Of a stretch of DNA of 32,000 nucleotides, positions 1 to 9,048 are shown one piece after another. The position numbers and the translations under genes are program-made. How positions within the stretch are numbered: position 1 is the stretch's first letter; every line of letters begins with the position of its first letter. Source of the stretch: Acholeplasma laidlawii PG-8A (GTDB taxonomy: Bacteria > Bacillota_I > Bacilli_A > Acholeplasmatales > Acholeplasmataceae). Where the stretch lies: NCBI RefSeq assembly GCF_000018785.1, contig NC_010163.1, positions 240,001-272,000 on the forward strand. Direction: 5' to 3'. Below the pieces are notes generated by a model. It saw only the letters and a list, made by a program, of their open reading frames with translations, searched no databases and had not been told where the DNA came from.

Positions 1-1
1 T

Positions 2-73
2 ATCATGTCAGCCGCAAGTGATTTTGAACAATTATTTGATTTTGTAGAAAAATTGGAAATTGATTATAAATAA
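2..73 (+). CDS. 3' end of an unidentified CDS entering from upstream of the window (23 codons then TAA)
   Basis: Frame 2 is open from the window edge (..IMSAASDFEQLFDFVEKLEIDYK*) and is followed by a hairpin terminator. It is too short to identify. Confidence 0.3.
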   Translation: MMSAASDFEQLFDFVEKLEIDYK

Positions 74-86
74 TAAGATAAAAAAT

Positions 87-114
87 AGAGACAATTTAAT
101 CGTCTCTGTTTTTT
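87..114. terminator. Bidirectional rho-independent terminator between the upstream + strand CDS and mnmM (- strand)
   Basis: Stem agagac(87-92)/gtctct(102-107). An A-run lies on the left (a T-run for the minus strand) and a T-run lies at 109-114. Confidence 0.6.
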
Positions 115-127
115 ATAATGTATGTAT

Positions 128-652
128 TTAGTATGTATAAAAATAAATTAGCGGTGCATCTTTTTTTGTAATATGAGGAAGTCTTATGACTTCATACTTA
201 ATATCTTGTTTATCTAAAAAAGATTGTAGAGCGACTTGTTCAATTATGCCTTCAGTATGGCCTGGGTAAGCAACAATCAAGACAAATCCTTGATTTTTTT
301 CATGTAAGGATTTTAAAGTGTTTACAGTAGATATGTGGTGAGTAGTAATACTTTTATCACCTTTTGGTAGGTAACCCAGATTAAAGATGACACCATCATA
401 ATTTGAGATGAGTTTTGTTATATGTTCATGTGATGTATGATGGTATGTAATATTGTCTAAATCTTTCGTGAGAGATCTAGTATTATCTAGTGCCTCTTGT
501 TGAATATCAAATGCATGTACATGTTCTACTCTAGATGCCAAAAACAAAGTATCATGACCATTACCACAGGTAGCATCAACAATCGTCATATGTGGTTTAA
601 TATGTTTTAATAAGATATTGTGTGCGAGATCAATTACGTTTGCTTTCTTCAT
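128..652 (-). CDS. mnmM: Class I SAM-dependent methyltransferase, YtqB/MnmM family (tRNA mnm5s2U34 methyltransferase)
   Basis: 174-aa ORF with the SAM-binding motif VDATCGNGHDT. Size and architecture match YtqB, and it overlaps the ytqA-type gene by 23 nt as in the conserved ytqA-ytqB pair. Confidence 0.8.
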   Translation of the reverse strand: MKKANVIDLAHNILLKHIKPHMTIVDATCGNGHDTLFLASRVEHVHAFDIQQEALDNTRSLTKDLDNITYHHTSHEHITKLISNYDGVIFNLGYLPKGDKSITTHHISTVNTLKSLHEKNQGFVLIVAYPGHTEGIIEQVALQSFLDKQDIKYEVIRLPHITKKDAPLIYFYTY

Positions 653-1574
653 AGTAAGCTCCTTGAAATAGCCCTAATTTTCTTAATCGCTTATCAATTT
701 CATTAGAAACAACAAACTTCTTTTTTGTCCAAAGTGGCGCGATTAACATCTCTTCTGGTGCATCACCAGTGACACGGTGAACAATGATATCCGGTCTTAA
801 CCAAAGAAGTTGGTCAGTTGTAATATCAACATACTCTTCAAGTGTTAATAACTCCCAAGGGTTTTGTATGTAATCATAACCCATCTTTGTTTTTTCCATT
901 AAGTGAAGCATATGGATTTTAATGCCTTGAATAGGTAGCGTATTTAAGTGTTTAACAGTATCTAACATCATCTTTTTATCTTCTGTTGGAAGACCGTTAA
1001 TAATGTGTACAACCACTTCAATACCACGTTTATGTAACCTTAAAACCGCATCATCAAAGGTTTTTAGGTCGTGAGCACGATTGATCAAATCACTAGTAGA
1101 CTGGTGTATCGTTTGAAGTCCTAGTTCCACTTGAACAGGCATTCTAGTATTTAGTTCTTCTAAGTAATCTAAAACATCCTCAGGTAATGAATCAGGTCTA
1201 GTACCTAGTGATATCATCACGATTTTTGGATCAAGTGTAATTGCTTCTTCATAAATTTCTTTTAATCTAGGAAGTGGTGCATGGGTGTTTGTGTTTGCTT
1301 GGAAGTAGGCAATGTATAAGCCGTCTTTCCATTTTTTATGCATTTGTTGTTTGATGTTTTCAAACTGCACTTTTAAAGAATCTCTTTTATCTCCGGCAAA
1401 GTCACCTGAACCCATCCAAGAACAAAAGGTGCATCCACCGGATGCAACTGTTCCATCAATGTTTGGGCAAGTAAAGCCTGCGTTTAAAGCAACTTTAAAC
1501 ACTTTTTGATTATAAGTTTTTCTGTAATAATTATTTAATGTGTTGTAATGTTTTTCTTTTGTTAGTAAGTTCAT
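630..1574 (-). CDS. mnmL: TIGR01212-family radical SAM protein (YtqA/MnmL)
   Basis: 314-aa ORF with the Cys cluster CPNIDGTVASGGCTFCS typical of YtqA-type radical SAM proteins. It lies directly upstream of ytqB and overlaps it. Confidence 0.8.
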   Translation of the reverse strand: MNLLTKEKHYNTLNNYYRKTYNQKVFKVALNAGFTCPNIDGTVASGGCTFCSWMGSGDFAGDKRDSLKVQFENIKQQMHKKWKDGLYIAYFQANTNTHAPLPRLKEIYEEAITLDPKIVMISLGTRPDSLPEDVLDYLEELNTRMPVQVELGLQTIHQSTSDLINRAHDLKTFDDAVLRLHKRGIEVVVHIINGLPTEDKKMMLDTVKHLNTLPIQGIKIHMLHLMEKTKMGYDYIQNPWELLTLEEYVDITTDQLLWLRPDIIVHRVTGDAPEEMLIAPLWTKKKFVVSNEIDKRLRKLGLFQGAYYEESKRN

Positions 1575-1646
1575 AGTTTCACCAATATTAATTTTATCAT
1601 AACTGTCCTATTATGTTATAATAATTTAAGAAGGAAGTATAACAAT

Positions 1647-2414
1647 ATGTACCAAAGATTTAAAAGAGCTCTGTTAATACCAAGTGAATTATACTTATAC
1701 CTAAAAGACTCATGGCTAAATGTTTGGGTTTACTTTTTTTTAATGCTCATGCTTACTGCACTACCTTTTATGATGATAAGCTGGGCAAACAATGGATTTA
1801 GTGATCGTAATAAAATAGAAATTAAAGATCAATTTGTTGAAAAACTAAGTGGAACTCACATCATAGTAGATGGTGAACTGATCGTTGAACAAGCATTTTT
1901 AAATCAAGATAAATACATGAATATAGATATCTATACGATTGGTATTGTCAATACACCAACAAGTCCAGAATACCAAGGTATTCGCATCATTTTAGTCAAA
2001 GATGGTGTAAAACTATATACCTTTGGTGTACTTGCTAAAACATATAGTTATGATGAGTTAGGTCTATCTAATTTTAATTTCTCAGATTATTCTTTAACAA
2101 ACATTGATAAATTCATTAGAGCTATGAATCTCATCGCCATAGAATATAGTGGGCCAACCAAAGTGTTTAGTAGTTTTGTTACACTGTTGTCATCGGCAAT
2201 AGAACTGATATTCTTTGTATTTATTTCTGCCACCTTTTCTAGAACACTCATTCCATTTAAATTCAAATTTAAAATAGCTATTTATGTGTTAACACCCTAT
2301 GTGGTGATGAGTTTGTTTGCATTATTTTTAGGTAGTGGATTATTTATATTTTTAGGAATCATTTTAATGATGATTTATATGCGTATAGCTTTTTCAAAGC
2401 TTAAAATGATATAG
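1647..2414 (+). CDS. Polytopic membrane protein, DUF1189-like (tentative)
   Basis: 255-aa ORF. RBS gaaggaag at 1630-1637 and an extended -10 (TGtTATAAT) at 1614-1622. N-terminal pattern F..ALL.PSE.. followed by a TM helix, with 3-4 C-terminal TM helices. Confidence 0.55.
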   Translation: MYQRFKRALLIPSELYLYLKDSWLNVWVYFFLMLMLTALPFMMISWANNGFSDRNKIEIKDQFVEKLSGTHIIVDGELIVEQAFLNQDKYMNIDIYTIGIVNTPTSPEYQGIRIILVKDGVKLYTFGVLAKTYSYDELGLSNFNFSDYSLTNIDKFIRAMNLIAIEYSGPTKVFSSFVTLLSSAIELIFFVFISATFSRTLIPFKFKFKIAIYVLTPYVVMSLFALFLGSGLFIFLGIILMMIYMRIAFSKLKMI

Positions 2415-2424
2415 GAGTGAAATC

Positions 2425-5400
2425 ATGTCAACCAAGTTTGATCTATTCTTACAACAAGCACAATTAAATACACACCCATTATCTACTGCATATTTAAATT
2501 CAGTTACTGTAAAGGTACGAGAAAAAACCTTAATATTTGATATAACATTTGATGAATTGATGTTACCAAGTGAAATGAGTTTATTTACCAATCAACTACA
2601 AACATTGTTTTTAAAAAAGGATGTTGTTTCACGTGTAGACTACCAGTTCACATTTAAACAAGCAGATTTATCAGCACACTATAAAACTTATTATGAAGCT
2701 TTAATTCATAAAGCTTCTGAAATTTTTCAACCCGTACTTATTTTTAAAAATTACACAGTTGAATATGAAAATAACATCTATACAATTTTAATTGAAAAAG
2801 ATAGTAGAGGGTTAAAAAAATATCTACCAGAATTAAAGAAATACTTTAAAAAACATGGTTTAGATGTTGATTTTACACTGAAGGTTAATGAGGATTTAAT
2901 CCCGGTTGCTGAACAAGTAAGACAAACCATTGAATCTCAAAAAGAGAGTATGGAGCGTCTAGTTAAAACAGCTGATGCTGTCATTTTAGATAAAAAGACA
3001 ACATTTAATAGAAAATCTAGTCCATCTGCTGTAGCTATTAGTGAAATACCTAAGAGTGCCTATGAACTTGATAAATACCAAAATGAAAAAGGCGATGTAA
3101 ACTTTTTAATTGAAGGTGAAGTGTTTAAAACTGAGGTTAGAGAACTTAAGAATACAAACCTTTTAACGATGTCTATTTTTGACAAGGATGATGCAATTAC
3201 AGTCAAAAGATTTGTAAGAGCACCTAAAGATGTTGCTTTAGCCAAAGAAGTTAAAGTTGGAGATATTATCCAAGTATCTGGTCGTGCAGAATATGACACT
3301 TTCCAAAAAGAAGTCACAATCATGGCAACAGCCTTTTATCAAATCGAGCGACCTAAAAAGTTTGAACGTATCGATAAAGCAAAAGAAAAGCGTGTCGAGT
3401 TTCATATCCATACCAAAGCATCACCTATGGATGCAGTCACCTCAATTACCGATTATGTAGAAACCCTAGAAAGTTGGGGACATAAAGCTTTTGCGATTAC
3501 TGATAGAAATGGTTTATATGCTTATCCTGAACTACATAAAGCAATTAAAGGTAAAAAGATTAAACCAATATATGGTGTTCAACTAGATTATGTTGACGAT
3601 GAAGCTTTTTGGGTTGCTAAAGACTATCATGAAGATATTTTACTTAAAGAAGCAGTCTACACGGTTTTTGATATTGAAACCACAGGTTTTTCATTTACAA
3701 GAGATAAAATCATAGAAATTGCTGCATATAAAGTCAGAGGTGGATTTATTGCAGAACGTTTTGAAGTCTTAATTAATCCTGAAGAGCAGTTAAGTGAAAC
3801 TACAAAACGTATTACAAATATTACAGATGAAATGGTTGAAAACGAAAAAACCATTGAAGAAGTATTACCGACCTTCTTAGAATTTATTAAGGGCACTGTA
3901 TTAGTTGCTCATAATGCATCCTTTGATATCGGCTTTATCTATGAAAAATCTAGATTACTTGGTCTACAACATGAACCGTTTGCAGTTATAGATACTTTAA
4001 ATATTGCAAGATACTTTTATAACAACACGAATAAAGAAAAGAACCATGCAAGATTCTATGTCAATGATGCTGGCAATATTCCCGATCTAAAAAGATTTAA
4101 CTTAAAAGCTTTAACGAAGTTCTTTAAAGTCAATCTAGAAGCACATCACCGTGCTATCTATGATGCCTATGCAACTGCAGAAGTGTTTTTAAACATGCTA
4201 CAAGATTTCTATAAAGAAGAAATATATAGTTATTTTGAATTACAAGCATCCCTTGATATGAATGAAGTATGGCGTCATCCAATTCCCAAATACGCCACTG
4301 TTCTAGCTCAAACTCAAGAAGGTTATAAAAACTTATTCAAATTGGTATCTGATGCCTTAACTACACACTTTGACGGTGGCCCAAGATTATTAAAATCTGC
4401 CTTTCTAAAATATAGAGAAGGTTTATTAATTGGTAGTGGAACCGAACATAGTGAAGTATTTGAAGCTGCACTTAATTTAAATGATGAACAATTAAAAGAA
4501 GCAATCTCATTTTATGACTATATTGAGGTACAACCACTTAATGCATACCTGCATCTAGAAAAAGAAATCGGTGCACTCGGTAGAGAAGTCATTCAAGCAG
4601 CAATTAAAAAGATTATTACCTATGCAAAAGAGCAAAATAAAATAGTGATCGCATCTTCTAATGCCCACTATTTAAATCCAGAGGATAAAAAATATAGAGA
4701 AATATACATTCAAACAAAATCTGTTGGTGGTGGACTACACCCACTTGCAAACTATGAAACTTCACCAGACCAACATCTTCTAACAACCACTGAAATGTTG
4801 GATGCATTCTCATTTTTAGATCAACAAACAGCTTATGAGATAGTAGTTACGAATACGAACAAGTTAAGTGATATGTTTGAGAATGTACGAGCTTTTCCTA
4901 AAGAACTGTACTCTATTAAAGATCACGCATTTAAAGATACATTAGGTATTCCTTCAATTAAAGAACATGTTGAAGAAATGGTTATGAATGAAGCTAAAAG
5001 ATTATATGGTGATCCAATACATCCATATGTATTAGGTAGAGTTCAAAGAGAATTAACCAATATTATTGATAACCAATTTGCACCCATTTACTTTATTTCT
5101 CATTTATTAGTTAAAAAATCATTAGATGATGGCTACTTAGTAGGTTCTAGAGGATCTGTTGGATCTTCACTTGTAGCAACCTTAATGAATATTACAGAAG
5201 TCAACCCTTTAAGACCGCATTTCCGTTGTAAGAAGGGTGAATATGCAGTTTTTAAATTAACCGATGAAGAAATCTATGAACAAGGTGTAGATGCTAGAGA
5301 TGAACCGTTCATCGAAGTATTAAAACATGTCAAATCAGGTTATGACCTACCAGATATGAAGTGTCCTATTTGTGGGGAACTCATGCATAAAGATGGTCAT

Positions 5401-6939
5401 GATATTCCGTTTGAAACCTTCTTAGGTTTTGATGGGGATAAAATTCCTGATATCGACTTAAACTTTAGTGGAGATTATCAATCTAAAGCACATGATTATG
5501 TTAGAGAACTATTAGGTGAAGAATATACCTTTAGAGCAGGAACCATTCAAACAGTTGCTGAACGTAACGCATTTGGTTATGTTAAAGGTTATTTAGAATA
5601 CCTAGGTAAAGATGCAAGAAGTGCATATATTGAGCGTCTAGCTAAAGGTATTGAAGGTGTGAAACGTTCAACTGGTCAGCACCCTGGTGGGATTGTTGTT
5701 GTACCAAAGGATAAATCTATTTATGATGTCACACCAATTCAATATCCAGCAGATGATGTCAATAGTGCATGGAAGACAACACATTTTGATTACCATGCCT
5801 TTGAAGATAACTTACTAAAACTAGATATTCTAGGTCACGATGATCCAACCATGATCAAATTCTTAATGGACTATGTTAAAGAGCATCCAGAGGATTTCCC
5901 TTTTGATAATGCACAAGACATTCCACTGGATGATCCAAATGTCTACCGTTTATTCCAAGATACCTCGGTGATTGGATTAAAAGATAAAGATGATGTTTAT
6001 GGTGATATTGCAAGTTATGCAATTCCAGAATTTGGTACACCATTTACAAGACAAATGTTACAACAAACAAGACCTTCAACATTTGCAGGTTTGGTTAAAA
6101 TATCTGGTCTATCACACGGTACAGACGTGTGGTTAAAAAACTCACAAGAACTTGTATTAGGTTCAACCCAATTTGGGAAAATTTCATTCGATGACATTAT
6201 TGGTTGTCGAGACGATATTATGGTGGAGTTATCTGACCGTGGTATGAAAGAAGCTAAAGCATTTGAAATTATGGAGTTTGTCAGAAAGGGTAAACCTTCA
6301 TCAAACCCTAAAAAATGGGCTGAATATGAAAATGAGATGAAAGCAAGTAAGATACCTGATTGGTATATATGGAGTGCATCTCAAATTAAGTATATGTTCC
6401 CTAAAGCGCATGCGACTGCATATGTGATTATGGCAATGCGTATTGCATGGTTTAAGGTCTATAGTCCATTGTTATTCTATTCAAGTTTCTTTAGTAAACG
6501 TGCTGTGCAATTTGAGCATGACATTATGGTTGCAGGTACAAATGCAATTAGAAACAGAATTAATACTTTAAGAAATGACAATAACATTACTGCAAAAGAC
6601 CAGGATGTGATTGTGACACTTTTAGTCGCACTTGAAATGACTAAGCGTGGATTTAAGTTTTTACCGGTCAACATTAAAAAATCACACGCTAAAGAGTTTG
6701 TGATGGAAAAAAATGGATTACGTATGCCTTTTTCAAGTATTGATGGCCTTGGGTTACAAGCTGCAATCAATATTGTTGAAAATAGAGAAGAAAAACCTTA
6801 TAATTCAAAAGAAGATGCAAGAGTACGTGGAAAGTTAAACAAGACAGTATTTGAAAGATTAGATTTAGCTGGCGCATTTGATGACTTAGCAGATGTAAGT
6901 AGTGAACTTGATCATGGGTTATTTGCTCATAAATACTAA
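2425..6939 (+). CDS. polC: DNA polymerase III alpha subunit, Gram-positive PolC type
   Basis: 1504-aa ORF with RBS taggagtg. It carries the DEDDh exonuclease motifs (FDIETTG, HNASFDIGF, HHRAIYDA), split PHP, KDGHDIPFETFLGF, PDIDLNFSG, GQHPGGIVVVP and KLDILGHDDPT. Confidence 0.97.
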   Translation: MSTKFDLFLQQAQLNTHPLSTAYLNSVTVKVREKTLIFDITFDELMLPSEMSLFTNQLQTLFLKKDVVSRVDYQFTFKQADLSAHYKTYYEALIHKASEIFQPVLIFKNYTVEYENNIYTILIEKDSRGLKKYLPELKKYFKKHGLDVDFTLKVNEDLIPVAEQVRQTIESQKESMERLVKTADAVILDKKTTFNRKSSPSAVAISEIPKSAYELDKYQNEKGDVNFLIEGEVFKTEVRELKNTNLLTMSIFDKDDAITVKRFVRAPKDVALAKEVKVGDIIQVSGRAEYDTFQKEVTIMATAFYQIERPKKFERIDKAKEKRVEFHIHTKASPMDAVTSITDYVETLESWGHKAFAITDRNGLYAYPELHKAIKGKKIKPIYGVQLDYVDDEAFWVAKDYHEDILLKEAVYTVFDIETTGFSFTRDKIIEIAAYKVRGGFIAERFEVLINPEEQLSETTKRITNITDEMVENEKTIEEVLPTFLEFIKGTVLVAHNASFDIGFIYEKSRLLGLQHEPFAVIDTLNIARYFYNNTNKEKNHARFYVNDAGNIPDLKRFNLKALTKFFKVNLEAHHRAIYDAYATAEVFLNMLQDFYKEEIYSYFELQASLDMNEVWRHPIPKYATVLAQTQEGYKNLFKLVSDALTTHFDGGPRLLKSAFLKYREGLLIGSGTEHSEVFEAALNLNDEQLKEAISFYDYIEVQPLNAYLHLEKEIGALGREVIQAAIKKIITYAKEQNKIVIASSNAHYLNPEDKKYREIYIQTKSVGGGLHPLANYETSPDQHLLTTTEMLDAFSFLDQQTAYEIVVTNTNKLSDMFENVRAFPKELYSIKDHAFKDTLGIPSIKEHVEEMVMNEAKRLYGDPIHPYVLGRVQRELTNIIDNQFAPIYFISHLLVKKSLDDGYLVGSRGSVGSSLVATLMNITEVNPLRPHFRCKKGEYAVFKLTDEEIYEQGVDARDEPFIEVLKHVKSGYDLPDMKCPICGELMHKDGHDIPFETFLGFDGDKIPDIDLNFSGDYQSKAHDYVRELLGEEYTFRAGTIQTVAERNAFGYVKGYLEYLGKDARSAYIERLAKGIEGVKRSTGQHPGGIVVVPKDKSIYDVTPIQYPADDVNSAWKTTHFDYHAFEDNLLKLDILGHDDPTMIKFLMDYVKEHPEDFPFDNAQDIPLDDPNVYRLFQDTSVIGLKDKDDVYGDIASYAIPEFGTPFTRQMLQQTRPSTFAGLVKISGLSHGTDVWLKNSQELVLGSTQFGKISFDDIIGCRDDIMVELSDRGMKEAKAFEIMEFVRKGKPSSNPKKWAEYENEMKASKIPDWYIWSASQIKYMFPKAHATAYVIMAMRIAWFKVYSPLLFYSSFFSKRAVQFEHDIMVAGTNAIRNRINTLRNDNNITAKDQDVIVTLLVALEMTKRGFKFLPVNIKKSHAKEFVMEKNGLRMPFSSIDGLGLQAAINIVENREEKPYNSKEDARVRGKLNKTVFERLDLAGAFDDLADVSSELDHGLFAHKY

Positions 6940-7033
6940 TTGTATAAAATTACACATATTAAAGACTTATTTATTTAAAATGTTAAAATAAAGTTATAAT
7001 AATCTTGAAAAATGATGAAGAGGTGAAACGAAT

Positions 7034-7774
7034 ATGCGTAGTTCAAATCCAGTATTTACAAACTTGGAAAAACAAGCATTTACTGATAACTTAGAAGTTG
7101 CAACAAAATCAGGTATTACATTAAAAACGATTACTCTTGTAGTCATATCCTTAATCACTGGTTTTGCATCTATCTTCTTAGCACAAGTGATGCCAGAAGG
7201 TTTATTATTTGGTATTTTAATTAGTTCAGGTATCTTTGCATTCATATCAGTATTACTTGCAATGTTTGTACCTAAACTAGCTGCACCTATGAGTATTTTA
7301 TATGCAGTACTACAAGGTTTTACATACGGACTTTTAACTTGGGTGTTAGAAATGTACTTCCCAGGTGTTGCTTCCATTGCACTCCTTGGTACAGCACTTG
7401 TATTCGGTGTGATGTTCACACTATATAATACAGGTTTATTAAGAGGGTCTAACCTTTTAAGATCTGTTGTATTTGGTGCATTATTAACTGTATTAGTTGG
7501 ATCTTTAATCGTTGGTATTGTAGGTTTAGTCAATCCTGAATATATTAATGGATTCTTCTCATACGAAGTTACAATAGCAATCAGCTTAATTTTAATCGTT
7601 ATGGGTGCTTTAATGTTAACTCTTGACTTTGACCGTGCTGATAGTGTTGTAAAAATGGGACTTCCAAAACACTATGAATGGACTGTTTCTTTAGGTTTTA
7701 TGGTAACATTAATATGGATATATTATAATATCCTAAGATTAGCAGTTACAGTCATGGGTAGAAATAATAATTAA
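7034..7774 (+). CDS. Bax inhibitor-1/YccA-family (COG4760-like) integral membrane protein
   Basis: 246-aa ORF with RBS agaggtga. It has the characteristic MRSSNPVF N-terminus and about 7 hydrophobic helices. Confidence 0.7.
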   Translation: MRSSNPVFTNLEKQAFTDNLEVATKSGITLKTITLVVISLITGFASIFLAQVMPEGLLFGILISSGIFAFISVLLAMFVPKLAAPMSILYAVLQGFTYGLLTWVLEMYFPGVASIALLGTALVFGVMFTLYNTGLLRGSNLLRSVVFGALLTVLVGSLIVGIVGLVNPEYINGFFSYEVTIAISLILIVMGALMLTLDFDRADSVVKMGLPKHYEWTVSLGFMVTLIWIYYNILRLAVTVMGRNNN

Positions 7775-7799
7775 AACGTTGATATAACAGCAGTAAAAT

Positions 7800-8008
7800 A
7801 TATTCAATTCTTAACAAGCGATAAAGTGGGATAGTGGAAGCCACTTAAGAAACATATATTTGAATTCGGTTATGGAGTGAAGGGGTAAAATCCTTTCCGT
7901 AGATCTTACGTTACAAGAAATTAAGTGCCAAGATTTTTCTTGGAACTAAGGTGGTACCGCGATTGATCGTCCTTAGCGTATATTTATACGTCTAAGGACT
8001 TTTATTTT
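7800..8008 (+). promoter_or_regulatory. T-box riboswitch leader controlling pheS-pheT (candidate Phe UUC specifier at 7865-7867)
   Basis: Conserved T-box sequence aaggtggtaccgcg at 7948-7961. The UGGU bulge is complementary to ACCA-3'. The terminator stem gtccttag(7969-7976)/ctaaggac(7992-7999) plus T-run 8000-8008 overlaps the antiterminator. The leader lies directly upstream of an aminoacyl-tRNA synthetase operon. Confidence 0.88.
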
Positions 8009-8034
8009 AAATTTGATAAGGAGAATTATAGAAA

Positions 8035-9048
8035 ATGAAGGAAAAAATAGATTCGATTGTTAAATCATTAAATGATAAAATCCATCCGGATTTAACATTA
8101 AATGATTTAGAAGCATTAAGAGTTGAGTATCTAGGAAAAAATGGTATTTTAACATCTCAAATGTCTCTAATTAGAACTTTACCAAATGAAGAAAAACCTA
8201 AGTTTGGTCAATGGATCAATGATGCAAAGGTTGCAATAGAACAAGTAATTAGTGATCAAAAAAACATATTACTTACAATAGCAATGAATGAACAATTAAA
8301 AAAAGAAACACTTGATGTTACAATGCCAGGGTTAAACTTTAAAAAAGGTAGCTTACACCCATTAACATTAGTGACTCAAGATTTAGAAGATTACTTTATT
8401 GGTTTAGGCTATAAAGTTGCTGAAGGTCCAGAACTAGAGTTAGATAAATATAACTTTGAAATGATGAATCTAGCAAGTGATCACCCTGCTAGAGAAATGC
8501 ATGATTCTTTTTATGTAACTCAAAATACATTACTAAGAACACATACATCTCCAATTCAAGCACGCTATATGGAAAAATCAAAGGGGCAACCAATCGCAAT
8601 TATTGCTCCAGGTAAAACCTATAGAAGAGATCCAGATGATCGTACGCACTCACACCAATTTATGCAATGTGAAGGTTTAGTCATTGATAAGGATGTGACA
8701 TTTGCACACCTTAAAGAAACGCTACTTGGTATGGCACGTCATATCTTTGGTGAAGAAAGAACGATTCGTTTAAGACCATCTTACTTCCCATTTACTGAAC
8801 CATCTGTTGAAGTCGATGTATCTTATGTGGACAGTGATGGTAAAACAGAGTGGATCGAAGTTTTAGGTGCTGGTATGGTACACCCAAATGTGTTAACTAT
8901 GGGTGGATATGATCCTAAAGTATACCGTGGGTTTGCTTTTGGGATTGGACTTGAACGTATTGCCATCTTAAAATATAAAATCGATGACATTCGTCAATTT
9001 TATACTAATGATCTACGCTTCTTAAATCAATTTAAAGGAGTCTTATAA
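8035..9048 (+). CDS. pheS: Phenylalanine--tRNA ligase alpha subunit
   Basis: 337-aa ORF with RBS aaggag. Class II aaRS motifs are present ([35 protein letters not shown]). Confidence 0.97.

Noticed and set aside
1312-6770. Short ORFs 1312-1509(+), 2394-2591(-), 3060-3323(-), 3257-3460(+), 3657-3896(-), 6015-6197(-), 6477-6770(-)
   Set aside because: All lie inside, or antisense to, the confidently identified mnmL and polC genes. They have no RBS and their translations look compositionally odd (Cys/Ser/Phe-rich). They are frame shadows.
6994-7533. 179-aa ORF on the minus strand, antisense to the BI-1/YccA-type membrane protein gene
   Set aside because: It is low-complexity (T/N/P/K-rich) with no RBS. 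It is fully embedded opposite a + strand ORF that has a good RBS, a family-typical MRSSNPVF N-terminus and regular TM helices. It is a typical shadow ORF.
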